Positions 11,291-25,379 of a stretch of DNA of 64,000 nucleotides are shown here, piece after piece. Every line of letters begins with the position of its first letter. Within the stretch, counting starts at the first letter, position 1. Origin of the DNA: Eledone cirrhosa. Lineage: Eukaryota. Location: contig OZ024742.1 of NCBI GenBank assembly GCA_964016885.1, positions 210,428,001 to 210,492,000 on the forward strand. The letters run 5' to 3'. The position numbers and the translations under genes were made by a program. The notes under the pieces are model-generated. The model saw nothing but the letters and a program-made list of their open reading frames with translations. It was not told the DNA's origin and searched no databases.

Positions 11291-14172
11291 TTAAAGTAGA
11301 GAGGGCTTTTCAGTTGAGTCAATGACCAACAATCCCCCTAGTGCTGGTACCACAATAAAATGCACCCGCACACCCTGTAAAGAGGTAATGATGGTGTCAG
11401 GATAAAATGCACCCAGCCCACTTTGAAAAGTGGTAGTGATGGTGTCAAAATAAAACGCACTTACTCCAGTCAGTATAGTGGTACCAAAATCAGTTCTGTA
11501 TGTGCAAGACATGGTCACCTGACCTAGCATTGCCCACAACAGGACAACTTGTCTAACCCATACTAGCGTGGAAAAATTGAAATAAAACAGTGATGATCAT
11601 GATGGTGTCAAAACAAAATGCATACAGCCCATGCTGTAAAGTTGTTAGCATTAGGAAAGGTTTTCAGCTGTAGAAACCATACCAAAATGGAAAGAATGAG
11701 CAGGGCATGGTCATCTGACCTGTCTAGTCTCAGAACATGACAACTCATCCAACCATTCCAGCATAGAAAATGGACAATGATGGTTAATGAATGATTTATA
11801 TAGATATTAGATATTAGATGAAGCTGATCTCAAATCACTGAGAGTCACGGAGATGACAAAGGAATGCCACGAATGGTGAGATGCTATGCTGAAAAAGACC
11901 CGTCCTACCCATGCAAGCATGGAAAAACAGGTGTAAAAATGATGATGATGATAATAGTACTCATAAACTTTGCACTATTTTAAACATAACTACGTTTTTA
12001 GTCAGTTAATGTTATACATATATCGTTTAAAAGAAATAGTATAGAAATTAGTATCTCAAGTTGTGTATCAGGAATAAAGAATGTAAATTAGTTTGAAAGT
12101 TATAAAACATCATTTAATATTTTTCTAGGTAAATATAGAAAATACTTCATTGTTATATTTGTAATTTATCACCTTAAAGCTAATGAAAACCACACTCTTC
12201 AAATATCCACTTAGAAAGCACAAAAGTTATCATCATTGTCACCGTTTTACATCTATTTTCCATACTTGCATCATACATTCTAATTTGGCAGGGTTTCTAT
12301 GGTTGGATGGCAAGTACTGGGTACTATTTATTGTGGCACTCCCACTACTACCTGACAGGGTGGACTGAATGCTTTTTATCGTGGAACGAGTACTTCCACT
12401 TTACAGAGTGGGTTGGGTGCATTTATCATGGCACCAACACTGCCATTTTACAGTGTGAGCTGTGTGCATTTTATTGTGGCACCAGCAATCACATGTCTAT
12501 GACTGTTTTCAGGAAAGCTTTGATTAATAACAATTACACAAAGTAAAACAAATATATAAATTGGACATGAAAATAACCTGCAAGTCATGATCTAATAGGT
12601 CATCATTGAAGGCTTTGTCTAAATGTGTTATAAGTTATCCTAGCAGAATCCACCCATCTCCATGGCACTGATTCAAAAGTGCAGGGAATAATTGGAATTA
12701 AATGTCTCAAAGAGATCCATATCTGTGTTAGAGAGAAGGCTTGCCAAGAGCATACCACTGGTTTACAGCATTCACAACTATATAGACATATCACAGTATA
12801 CACATACTTACCAAAAATAAGCTATAATTGTTTACATTCCCAACACCTTTAAGACTAGGTATTTCAAATAAATTTTAACAAGATTAAGAACATCAACCTC
12901 AACAAGTACAAATTTTAACAATTTTATCATCATAATTTGTTTTGATCAACACCTCCATACAAAACTTTGTGTTATCTCATCTGTAAAGGCTAACATTACA
13001 AGTAAGATCTAATCACTTTCCAAATCTTTCTTCATCTATTGTCATTGCAAGTAACTGTCCTCATCATCTCATGGTACATCTTCACCCATTTATATTATAT
13101 CCCTACCAACATGGTTCTCTCTACTGCAGACATCTATCAATGTCTATTCAAATTCTCAAACTATTTGGAAAAACTATTGGCATGCTACAGGAAAATCTGG
13201 TAAAAATAAATCAAGAATTCTACAATTCATTGTCAGATATTTCTAGAGTTCCAAAAATATTTTTAGCAATTCAATAGTAGCCTAAAGATGAAGTTGCTGA
13301 GATGAAGAAACATTTGATCCAACCTTTCATAAAATTTTAAAATATCACATTGAAAGAAAACTCATGAAAATTCAGCCTGCCAAGAGAATGATACAAATTT
13401 AGCAAACACAGAACCAACTTACTAGGAATTACACAAGCCATCCCAGCATCTCAACACAGATAAATGTGCAGTCTGATTGAAAATGGAATACACGAAAAAC
13501 AATGAGCTGCTGAAAAAACATAAGAAATTATGAATGAAAACCAAAGCAATTAGAATTGCTAACACCCTATTAATCTGATGTCTTTAGAGGTTAGAAACCA
13601 TGGAATAAATAACAATATACCTCAGAAAGAATGATGCTGATGTAAAAGGGCCCAAGTTAGCTAATCCTTTTACTTATATTACACTTAATATAATGTTAAG
13701 ATTTGATTAAATAAGAAATAAATAAAGAGGCATCAGTTAAGTAGAAATAATTTTAATGAAACTTACTAAAGATTAGCAACAGTATTGAGCATCTTATGAA
13801 TGTAGATTGGCTATTTTATTAGATACTCTAAGATATAAACACTAAACATCCCTTCACTCCAATATTTCTTTTCCAACTAAATAATTATCATTCACTAGCA
13901 CACATCTTCTCCAATCATCAATGGCTCTCTCAGCCGACTCAAACAGTTTTACACAGCCATACCTACTGCATTGATTTACATTTGTAACTTTATACAGATA
14001 AATCCAAGAGACATATACTTCCTGCATCAATGAGGATTTTCACTGTACCTTCCATATTGAAATTTAATGTGATTTAGGAACATTACACAATATGTTTATG
14101 CAAATATTGGCGGTGAAAGGAAACACATCCCATCCACATTCTTTTTAGTCGTTATTTAAGAGAAATATTTAC

Positions 14173-14563
14173 CATTATCTAAACTCTCCAATGTTTCCAG
14201 CTTTTGTTTAATTATGTTCTCAAAATCATCCAAATCTACATCCATTGGAACATCAGTGGAGTTCTTGATTTTTGAATCTTCTGATTCGTCATCACTGCTT
14301 TCTGTAGAAGATGACGATGATGATGATGAGGAAGCTGATGATGATGATGTTGACGAGCTGTTATCAGAATCATCATCTATATCTACATCCAATGCATTTT
14401 CATCTTCATATGTTTCTTTATTTTCTATTTCTTCATCATTCTCTTTTACATCATATACTTCAGAAATCTCATCGGAAGGCTCCACATCATTAACACTTTC
14501 ATTCTTCTCAGTATCTTCTACTGAAGCTGGTGTTGTATTATTTTCTTTGGTATTTTTCAAAGT
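14173..14563 (-). CDS. PRPF4B: PRPF4B coding exon 6 (acidic/poly-Ser, DDFENIIKQK)
   Basis: ttttcctag| acceptor, G|GTAAAT donor; 391 nt open frame, phase 0-1. Confidence 0.87.
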
Positions 14564-15472
14564 CTAGGAAAATAAATTGCAATCAATTTAATTGACCATA
14601 TCCAAACATTAAGATAATCAATATTATTCTGCTTTTCATAACATGCATTTGAGTATTATGCTTTTAACAACCTCAACTATGGAACGAACTTGAAAACATA
14701 ATCAAAACTTTCAACATAGTAAAACAAGTTTGAAGACATAATGGAAATCTTTGACATAATGAAAGAATGCTATGAAGATCTATTAATGTATACAAAATAG
14801 AAATAAAAACGTTTATAAAGCATAACATTTTTCTAAATATTGTTAATAGTAATAAGTGTTTCTACTTTTGGCACAAGGCCATCAATTTGAAGGGAAGAGA
14901 AAGGTCTATTAAATCAACCCCAGTACTTTATTTTATTAAAATACTTTATTTTATCGGCTCAAGAAGGATGAAAGTTGATAATGGTGGGATATGAACTCAG
15001 AAAATAAAGAGACGGAAGAAATACTAGAAAGCAATTTTTCCAAGGTTCTATTCATTCTGTCAATCTACTACCCTCTTCTGCTTGTAGTATTAATATTCAG
15101 AAACCGTTCTTTGGAAGGATTTCAATGCAGGAACATGAAATATTCAAAATAGATACAATAAGAATTATTGAGTCTGGTGCTTTGCTTTGTTAATTAGAAA
15201 GAAGAAAAAAAGAAATGCAAAAGAATCTGAACTTTCTTCCATTTGAATCAGATTCTAAGTTTAGACTGAATTTTTTTTTCACCAATCTATTAACAAGTTA
15301 GTTATACAACTACTACTACTTTCATTATATACTATCTCAATCAGTTTATCAAGAAATGAGATGAAAACAAAAATTGTTGATGAATTTGCAAATACAAGAC
15401 ATAATAAAAAACATGCAACTTTTATTAGATTGTAAATTAAATAAGATAATAATCAAATGGGACAATAATTAC

Positions 15473-15560
15473 CTCTAACAATTCTTCTCTTTCTTTCCTA
15501 CGTTTTTCAATAATTGCATCTTCATCATCATCCTCTTTTTCAGAACAATCCAAGACACCC
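15473..15560 (-). CDS. PRPF4B: PRPF4B coding exon 5 (GVLDCSEKEDDDEDAIIEKRRKEREELLE)
   Basis: Resembles the conserved EEDEEALIEQRR motif; tttcag| acceptor, |GTAATT donor; phase 2-0. Confidence 0.9.
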
Positions 15561-17326
15561 CTGAAATAGAAACATTAATAAATAAAAATTGTTGTTCTGG
15601 AAGTGTCAAATGAAATACATCTCAGCTTAAAACACAATATACCATGAACGAATGAAATTACTTCTGTGCAATTGCTCAATTGACATTGTGCAACAGCAGA
15701 ATCTCTCAATAAAACTATGTCACATCTTTAAAAGTGTAGGGTGACATTTTTTAAAATCCCAAGTTGTAAAAAATATGGGACTCCAAAGCAAAAGTCTCAT
15801 CTCATCAACTATAACCATCAACATTTACAGTGGCTATGGTTATAAATTTGTATTTAATGCTTTTTTTGTTAAGTTAGCCTTATATTGGAGGCATGTAAAA
15901 GCAAAGCTTGTTGGTAAATTTAAATAAATTCTAGAAAACTCAAAGCCTAAATAGTAAAATTAAAATATATCAACTACCTAGATTCGCATTTGTTTTAAAA
16001 TGCTGGGAGCCTTACATGCATAAATGAATATTGTAATAAATAATCACACTGAAGTAATATTAATTGCTTTTCTTTATATTAATGTATCTACTAACATTTT
16101 TTGACTGCAGTCATATACTTTCCTATTAAATGAGCTAACAGCTGCTTGTTAAAAATTGTTTTGTTCTGTTTTATTTTTACTTGTTCGAGCCTCAGACATT
16201 AGAAGGAAACTATGAGGCTAGTCTTGAACTATGTCTTGCTTATATGGATCTGTTTTGGGCTTGATGCCCTTCCTAAAACAAACTACATCACAGCATGTAC
16301 TAGGAGCTTTTTCTTGGCACCATCATGACCACTTTACAGGGTGGACTGGATGCTATTCATTGTGGCACCAGTGCAACAGTCTAACAGGGTAGACTGGATG
16401 CTCTTTTGTCATGGTACCAGCATATCCATGATACAGGGTGGCCTGAATGCTTTTTGTTATGGCACCAGTACAACCACCTTATGGGACTCCAAAGCAAAAG
16501 TCTTATCTCATCAACTATAACCATCAACATTTACAGTATAAAAATGGTAGGGTAGAATGTTGTTTAGAAAGCCATGTATAAATAAAACTCATTACCTTTA
16601 TAATTTTAAATTCAGAGTGATAATTATCACCACAGACAATAGTGATTATAATAGATAGTTTATTTCATAGAAAGATAACTTTTCATAGCAACACAAATGA
16701 GACTACTCATATTCATATGTAACCAAACTATCTGAAACTGTTGGTATTAAAGTTTTAATTTTCAAATTGAAATCTAACAATTATTACAGCAACTGGACTG
16801 AATCAAAGCAATAACTTCTAAAATAATTTGGAGCTTGTTTTTTTTTCAGAATATTAGTTCATTAAATGAAAATATTCCCCCAAAATTTACTAAATCCACC
16901 TTTTATGATTTTTTTTGTAAGTTGACAGAAACTACTCTGACTATAAATATAGTTAATAAATGATTTAGTAGAACTATTAAATGAGAGGAATAGTAGAAGA
17001 GTAACAATATAGAAAAAAGGCATGTGGCTTAGTGGTTAGAGAATTGGATTCACAATTGTGTGGTAGTGAACTCAATTCCTTGACTGGGTGATGCATTACA
17101 ACCTTGAGCAAGACACTTTAGTTCACATTGCTCTTCCTCCCAGGAGTTGCAACAGGTAGATAGTGTCAGCCGTGGAAAAACCAATAGAAACATTGTTTCC
17201 TTAATCTGATTGGATGAGTTCCAAGTGAATGAGATCTGGGATCTTGTCGATCAATAAAAAGAAAGAACAATATGAAAATAAATCTTTTATTAATTACTTT
17301 AGTAAAAATTGAACAAAAATACTTAC

Positions 17327-17524
17327 TCTTCTTCAGAAGATATTTCAACCTGCAAAAACAAACCCTCAGACAAACTGTCTTTGAATTTATCTACAGGTCC
17401 TTTAAATTCTTCCGCATTACGTTTACGACGATCTTCAGCAGTTGTTCTTTTCCTATCACGAGGCGATCTGCTTCGTCCATATCTTCTAGGAGAGTAACTT
17501 CTGTCTCTTGCACGATGCTTCATA
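17327..17524 (-). CDS. PRPF4B: PRPF4B coding exon 4 (...RSRSPRDRK...DKFKDSLSEGL...)
   Basis: Conserved DKFKxSLSEG motif; acceptor tttttttag|T, donor GA|GTAAGT; 198 nt. Confidence 0.92.
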
Positions 17525-18610
17525 CTAAAAAAATAATATATTTAATAACACTCATAAATATATATATAACAAAACTTTGCTGTTTGTACTTAAAAATTTT
17601 TTTTTTTCAATATATAAATAAAAGCAAACAGCTTTAATGTCTTTTATTATCAAGTCTTTTATTATCACAATGTCTTTTATTATCAAGTTAGCAATATCCA
17701 ACCAGTGTGGTATTGTTACAGAGTGTGCAAAAGAGAAGACTGCACTGGTATGGACATGTGATCTGAGTGAATACGTGTGAAGGAAACCAAGTGGAAGACA
17801 GCTGCAGTAGAGGATGACTAAGGAAAGCTAGGCAGAAGTAGTGAGAGCTGATCTCAAATTGCTGAAGCTCACAGAGGAGATGAGAAAGGACTATAACGGA
17901 TAGAGGGATGCTGTGATGGAAAAGACCCATCCAACGCATGCAGGAAAAAACAAACGTAAAATGGTGATGGCGTTGGCCAAAGATATAACAAGCCATTTTA
18001 GGCCATTTTCCCAGCTAAAGCAAGAGTTAACTTTGTTGGCCCCATGACAAACTTTTCCATTTTTTCCTATCTTCTACCTCCCTTCTCACTAACTCTCTTA
18101 CCCTCATTTTCACCCCATCGTCATTAGTCATGTCTTTTTCGGTCTTTCTCTATATCAACCTCCTTCCACATTTATTCCAATCATCCTTCTCCCCCAGTCA
18201 ATTTTATCTTTCTTCAGCAGATTATCCAGTCATTTCATCCCATTTCTATTCACGACATCCACTAGTGGTTCTATTCCCATCATCCTCTATAATTCATTGT
18301 TTGTCTTCCCCTCTCTCTATGAAGCTTTATTTATCCACTGGTTGGCACTAAAAGTGGTGTTGAACTGAGCAATGGATTAGATCAACTACCCCCAAAACAG
18401 TCCAACAGGCTTCTACATATTATCCATCTACCCAATTTTACTTACAAGACTTGAATCAACTTTAAGCTATAGTAGAAGACACTTCCCAAAAGTGTTGTGC
18501 AGTGTGATTGAACCTGCAATATGATTATCAAGTGAACTTTTTAACCACATAGCCATATTCAAAGGATTATTAAAAAGGTAGTTTAGTAGAGTATATATAA
18601 ATACACTTAC

Positions 18611-18913
18611 CGGTTGAGAGATCTACTCCTTGACCTTCGAAAACGATACTTATCAGGTCTCTTACTATATCCTCTACTTTCACTCACGATGAGAACATCA
18701 TCGTCATCATTGTTATTATTAGAGGAAAGCTGAGAAACTTTGTGTTGTTTTCGTCCAATGTCGGATCGCTGGCGAGATACTGGACTGTTGTCTCTTTTTG
18801 ACCGATATAAAGGTGAATTAGAACGATGCTTGGATTTTGTGTCATGAGATATTCGTTTTGGAGAGCTCCGAGAACGTTTATGAGGAGGTGAGCGTTCTAC
18901 TGATGGCCGTCTT
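18611..18913 (-). CDS. PRPF4B: PRPF4B coding exon 3 (RS-rich: RRPSVERSPPHKRSRSSPKR...RRSRSRSLNR)
   Basis: Acceptor cttgtag|A, donor CG|GTAAGT; 303 nt open frame, phase 2-2. Confidence 0.85.
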
Positions 18914-20235
18914 CTACAAGTAGATTAAATATCCAGTAGTTAATAAAAAATTATAGCAATTCAATTTCTATTGAATAACTGAAAGAAATATACATAGTAG
19001 AGATAGTTTAGGATAGAAAGAAATCAAAACATAATTTGATTGTCACTTTTGAATAACAAAAATAATTTATATTTTCACTTTTTTTCTCCCCCAGTGAAAA
19101 AGCATATTTAAAAATGATGGAGGAGAAAATGAGAAAAAGGGATTGATACATGGAGGTGTGGATGATGATAGGGCAACATGAAAAAGAAGCCTGCTGTGGG
19201 ACTCACAGGGCTAACCTGTGCTTTAACAGAAAAAACGCCCTTAAAACACTTTGTGTTGTTGTATGTATATGTAAAATAACTTCAACCTTTTAAAGTCAAG
19301 CAAATATCAAATGCTCAATATTAAAATTACAACACAGTAAAAGTAGATATCTCGTTTGTCATTGTCAACACACATACAAAAGAAATGTTAAAGAGATAAG
19401 ACTACTTTTTATTTAAATTTAAAAGTGGAAGGGACATACTCAGAACCTGATGAGTTTTGTTCTTTAGATTTGGAGAAAAGTGATATATAACTGGTATTAG
19501 GCTAACATTGCAAAGACAAATGTGTTAGGAAATAACAGAATACAAAATCCTAATACTATCTAGAAAATAGTCTTATTCAATATGAAAAACAACAGTTGGT
19601 AGAAAACTAGTACTTTGTACTGAAAGCAAGACATGGATACATAAAAACATAGTAAAGCTTAGTTGCAGTAGAGTACATAGTAGAAGTTCCCATGAAATGA
19701 ATTCAATGGACCCATAACTCCTGAGGGTGTCAAAGGGGCTCCATAGTAGCATAGAGTGTTTCTTAGAACATTTTAAAACCTGGTGGAGCCCATCTCTTCT
19801 ACAGGTCTGAACACAGCAAATTTCTTCCAGAAAAGGATAGAGAGTGAGAAAGAGATATAAAGGAAGAATTGACCTCAGTATTAGACTGGTAGTTTTTTTA
19901 TTGACCCTGGCAGGTTTTAAACTGAGATAGCAAGGAGCCAGAATGAATACTGCAAAGCACTCTATTCGACCAAGATAATTAGCTAGAAGGAATTAATAGG
20001 TTTGTTATCTAGATTTCATAATTTGCTTGATGAGATATGTTACACTTTTCATCTGCAATGGCTTCATATTCTAGCAGAAAGGACATGGTTGTAACTGTAC
20101 TAGCTCTAATTACAATTTGAGAAACCTCAAAGGAAATAACCAGAGGTTATTTACCAGATATATAGTACAAGAAAACCCAAAGGTTGAGTCGTCAGTGATG
20201 CAGCAATTCTAATAATTGGTTATATAATTACTGAT

Positions 20236-20535
20236 GGGGGCACATGGCTTAGTGGTTAGAGCGTTGGGCTTACAATCATAGGGTTGTGAGTTCAATTCCC
20301 AGACCAGGCTGTGTGTTGTGTCCTTGAGCTCCCTTTCACTCAGCAGTAGAAATGAGTTGCAATGTCACTGGTACCAAGCTGTATCGGCCCTTGGACAACA
20401 TCGGTGGCATGGATAGAGGAGAGAGGTATGTATATACAACAGCTGGTCTTCCACCAACAACCTTGCCCAAACTTGTACCTTGGAGGTGAACATTCTAGGT
20501 ACAAATCCCATGGTCATTCATAACTGAAGGGTCTT
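20236..20535 (+). mobile_element. tRNA-derived SINE, family B (CORE-like)
   Basis: TGGCTTAGTGG A box, GTTCAATTCC B box, TTGTGTCCTTGAGC core; other copies near 17020(+), 29620(-), 38843(+), 49330(-), 63127(+). Confidence 0.8.
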
Positions 20536-22266
20536 CTCTCTAATTACTGATAGGGGTAGTAAATGTAGTGAGAATATAGCTGAAGAGTAAGAAGCTGGTA
20601 GAATTATGAATTCTACTAGTATCAAAGAAAAGGCTTTCTCTTTACATCTAGAAGGTAGGTTGTATGAGGCATGTTGCATGGCAGCAAAATTTGAATACTG
20701 AATATTGAAGATTGTCAGAGGCTGGAGAGAAATGAGTGATGTATGATTTGTTGGGGGTGTAATAGTAACCTGCATGAAAAGCAGGGTATACCTAAAACGA
20801 GAATGCAGCTAAGCATAAAAAACATTAGCTGTTATGTAAAGAGGTTTCTGAACTAGCAGTTAAGTAAAAAAAGTGCTGTACAGAAATAAATTATTACTAG
20901 AAGAAGCTGTAAGGTTAAATCTATAGATGCTTGCATCATAGAGAATATGTAAGATATTGAAGAATGACAAAAATAGATATGATGATGATGAGAATAAGGA
21001 GATAGATAACTGGATGATAAAGGCTGGTGGAAATACAAAATTCTAGACAGAGAGGACAATTTTTAGGTCTGAAAAAATGTGCACTGTATCTAATGCAAAG
21101 AGATCAGCTAGCACATTAAAAGGATCAGAAGTTCTTACAGTAACAATAAGAGACACAGGGAAGCCATACTCCTAAGATAATAAGTATCAATGAGAGAATA
21201 TTTACAGATCAGTTGCTTGTATTGTAGAAAATGTGAGAATATACCGGTAGAGTAAATCTATATGAATGTCTTTACCATTATTTTACATCTACTGTCCATG
21301 CTGTGATGGATTGAATAGGTTGTCATAGACTCAGTTCTTATTTGGAGTTATTGATCTGCTAGACATTTCACTTGTACATTCTATTGTTGGTATGGTTTTT
21401 AAAGCTGGATACCCTTCCTAACACCAATACCTTCACAAAGTACAGTGGAAGCATTTTATCATGGCATTAGCACTAGTTTGTTTGTCAACCACTTTATTGA
21501 GTGTCCTGGGAGTATTTTAACATGGTACCAGCACAGAGAGGTTAATTACTTTGTTCCTAGCAATACTAAAGAGTCCTCTCTAACATTGTCTCCAAATTTA
21601 TACCATAAATATATTTCTGTTATAATTTAAAATTAGTAATAACTATAACCATCTCATCTCTCATCCATTATTCTCTCACTTTGGTTTTTTCTCCTTCTTG
21701 GTCATGTTGCTGCTATTCAATCACCTTGCCAACAACCACCATGTAGCAGTCTGTCACTCTCTCTCTCTCTGCTTCTCTTCCATTTCTCTCTTCCTCCTAT
21801 CATTCTAGTTCTCTATTTTTAAACTTCCTTCTACCACTTTCTTATTCTGACTATCTTACTACCCAACTATGCAGGAAAAACAGGACTGAACAAATGAGTG
21901 GAAGCAATGCAGGAAAATGAGGACTCTCTTTAATTTAAGCAGGAGCAAAGCAACTTCTCGGGTGCTGGTGAACGAATGAGCAAGGACAATATAGGGTACA
22001 AAGAATTCTTTAGTTTAGCCAGGGATAAGATAACCTCTCTAATGGTTGATGATAAGAAGGGTATCCAGCTGTAGAAACCATGTCAAAAATGGAAAGTACG
22101 AGTGAGACATAATTCCTGATCCATCTAGGAGTACTGTAACTCTATATAAGAACTGATTTGCATAAAGTGTATACATATAAAACAGATATTGCTGTTGGAA
22201 AAAATGTTAGGTAAAATAACAATAAAAAATATAAAAAGTGAAAACAAAAACAATATAGGTACTTGC

Positions 22267-23364
22267 CTTGAAGGAGGAGAATGCTTGTGTTGGTCATGTT
22301 CTGATCGGTAATGGGAATTATTTGTTTCTGAATCAATCCAGACTACATTTCGATCTACATCAGGATACTTTTTATTACTTCTCTCATGGCGTGAAGATTC
22401 CCTTTCAGAGTTTTTTTCTGTAGACTGTTTTTCCTTTGACTTAGGAAATGCTGTATGCGGAGAATGACTTGTTGATCTCCGACTCTGCTGTAAAAATTGT
22501 TCTAAGTATCTCTCAACTGAATCCTCACGCATTGGTGTATTTACTGAAGAAGCTAATTTATCTCCTTTAGAAGATTTATGAGTTGATGACTGAGATGTCT
22601 GCCCTGTATTCTTTCTGTTTGCAAAATAACTAGCATTATCTTCACTATGGTCAATGACAATTCTGGTGTCACATTCTCGCTGTGATGTTACATCTAACTC
22701 ATGTCCAGGTGGATACATTGAAGAAGAGTAATATTCAAAATCATAATTTCTTGCAAAGTTGCTATCAGAAGGTTCTCTCTCTCTCTGATGTGCATCCTCT
22801 GCTTGATTATTTTTATTGTAGTAAGTGCTTTCTCTGTAGTAAGAACTGTCATTTTTTTTATAAACAGATTCAGTCTTTTGAGAATTACTTTCACTTCCAT
22901 GACTATGGGAATGGTGGTGATGGTGGTGATGATGATGATGGTGGAAAGGATGGTAGTCTTCGTCCTTTGAATGGGAATCAGCCTGCTCAGGAGACAACTT
23001 TATCTTCTGGTTTTCAATCTCTCCTTCTTCAGCCTCTTCCTCAGAATCTGATCCATAACCCTGAGCTATAAGTGCCATAGCATTCATTATCTGTGCATTT
23101 TTCTCCCCATTTAAATGGGCACGGATAGCATCTCTAGCAGCTTCCAACTTAGCTAGGTCATTATCTTCTAATCGACCTTTCTGGTCACAGTCTTCCTTAG
23201 TTGTTTGATATTTCTCTGACCTGTGCTTTTTCCGCTTATGCTTGTGCCGTTTTCGATCATTGCTGTGTTTGTGCTTATGTTTATGTTTGTGCTTATGTTT
23301 CTTCTTCTCCCTTCGACTATGAACTTCTTTCTCGACTCCATCTTCACTACAGGAACTTTCACCC
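22267..23364 (-). CDS. PRPF4B: PRPF4B coding exon 2 (KKHKHK repeats, His tract, Ser/Arg-rich)
   Basis: Acceptor tttctctattatag|G; KKKHKHKHKHKH and GYGSDSEEEAEEGEI motifs typical of the PRP4 N-terminus; 1098 nt, phase 2-2; ends at AG|GCAAGT (GC donor). Confidence 0.88.
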
Positions 23365-24769
23365 CTATAATAGAGAAAAAACAATAAATTGAAGGGAACA
23401 GGAAACACAAGGAAGCAAAAAGTACATAACTAAATTAATTAACAGTGTTTCCCAAAACAGTGCACCATGACGCACCAGTATGCTCTAAGATGTAGACTAT
23501 TGCGCCACAAAATTATTAATAAAATTACATTTGAAAAAATGTGAAAAATACAAACTGAAATTCTAAATATGCTTCATTCGTTGAATAAAAAAGTAAGTAT
23601 TTATTCATTTTCAGTTCAAATTATCTTATTTAAATGCTTAATATATAATTTTTTTTCAATACATTTAAAAAAAAATTATACACAACGTATGCTAAAATAT
23701 TTTTATTTGCAAATAAAAAAAAGTTTGGCGACCAGTGCATTAGTATATGATATTGAACATAATTGAAATAGGCATTTAAAAAAGAATCTTAATTTATAGA
23801 TATATATATCAAAGATCAGAGCTTAATTTTATTTATTTATTTATTTTAATGTAAAATATTTTTCATAATGTCAACCATCTCGACATATGCTACCAAATAG
23901 TTTTGTATTATACATCATAGTGAGTTACACAATTCTTTTCTGTTACTTTCATATGAATTGAATCTTCATGTAGTTTCCAGATTTGTCAGAATTCTATATT
24001 ATGTCTTCAATTTAATCCTAATTTCAATTTTCAATAAACAAAGTTCATCAACGGATCATGATTTCCACTCAAACCACTCCACTTATACTCTAAAGAAAGA
24101 TATAAATATCAATGCTTTCCATTTCCTTCCTTATTAATATAAAGTATCTTTTAAAAAGAAATTACAACTGATGTCACTTAAGATCAAATATTATAATTTA
24201 TTTTTACATTACATAATTTATTTTTACATTTACACAAAAAAAAAAGAATCAGGCAACAATACATGTTGAGATTGTCTCAGTTTCTACTTCCAGGATTTCT
24301 TTTCACAATTAAATTAAATACCTAACAAGAAAATTATCCAACAATAGTCACTCAGTTTGTTAATGCACGAGTCAAATCTTAAATCACACATCTAATAAGT
24401 TGTGAATATACTGAGCTTAACATGCCAGATGGACATTTAATTAATCACTGGTCTAGATTGCAATAAATTATCAGCGTATTAGTAGATTGCAGTTCTATTT
24501 TCAGTCTATTTATAGTTACTATAGCTTTTTATTGCTGCATGATTGATATAATAAATACCAGTAATATGCGAAAAGAGATAAGTAGTTGAAAATTAGACTA
24601 TAATCAGTATTGTGAACAGCAGTAAATCTTAGTTTGATCAAACTCACCACCCAAATCTGTTCAAGCAGAGCTAAATGGGGATATTCCAACAATAGTCTAA
24701 TAGTTTCTCCAGCAGCAACATGGTGCATTCAGTGACAGAGTCAGACTTCGGTTCCTAACAAGCTGAAAA

Positions 24770-25000
24770 TCCCCAAGCTATTGAAGTATTGTCCACTTTC
24801 TGATAGGCTTGTCATTGAACCTATCACAGTAGAGACTTCTGGCATTCTTGGTCCTTGTATCACTTCCCTACTCACTGTTATCAGGACAGAGTTAGCCACC
24901 TATAGGAGTGAACCCCATGAGTTGGATGGCTATTTCAACGCATCTCTCTTGCTATACTCTGGGGTAACACTTACTCTATTCTTTCCACTGAGACCATGAG
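24770..25000 (+). mobile_element. CRE-like (restriction-like endonuclease) non-LTR remnant
   Basis: KY..L...EPITVETSGILGP resembles the C-terminal RLE region; related upstream motif (LP...TFLD..IR.G..G..MCEPHKC.C) at 32068-32292 minus. Confidence 0.55.
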
Positions 25001-25379
25001 GTAGCGTGCACCTGGGGATCTCCACCCCAGAGAGTGTTCTCCCACACTGTCCAGGCTTGTATCATTGGAGTAATAAAGATTGAATATTTTTTCTCATGTT
25101 TCATAAACATTTTTCAATTTACAAAAAAAGAAGTCTCAAAGAAATATTAAACTCTCAAAATTTTAATAATTGATTCTTTTCGAGTAAAAAGATGATTAAC
25201 AGGCAAATAAATACATGTGTGTATATGTTATGTTAGAAAAGATAATAAACCCGTAACAAATCCAGAACTAAGCTATTTGTATTAACTAGGAGTCATCAGA
25301 TTAGTATAAAAAAGGAATGCAAAAAATTATCTATGTTAAAAGCTGAGAGAAGTCTAGTTTAGCTTTTAAATACATTTGT

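Noticed and set aside
14214-14567. Plus-strand Ser/Asp-rich ORF and other antisense ORFs over PRPF4B exons and RTEs
   Set aside because: Shadow frames of low-complexity exons or LINE ORFs.
20238-20305. tRNA-like sequences (also 17020, 29680, 38843, 49420)
   Set aside because: SINE heads: A/B boxes run into a shared SINE body and I could not fold a complete cloverleaf.
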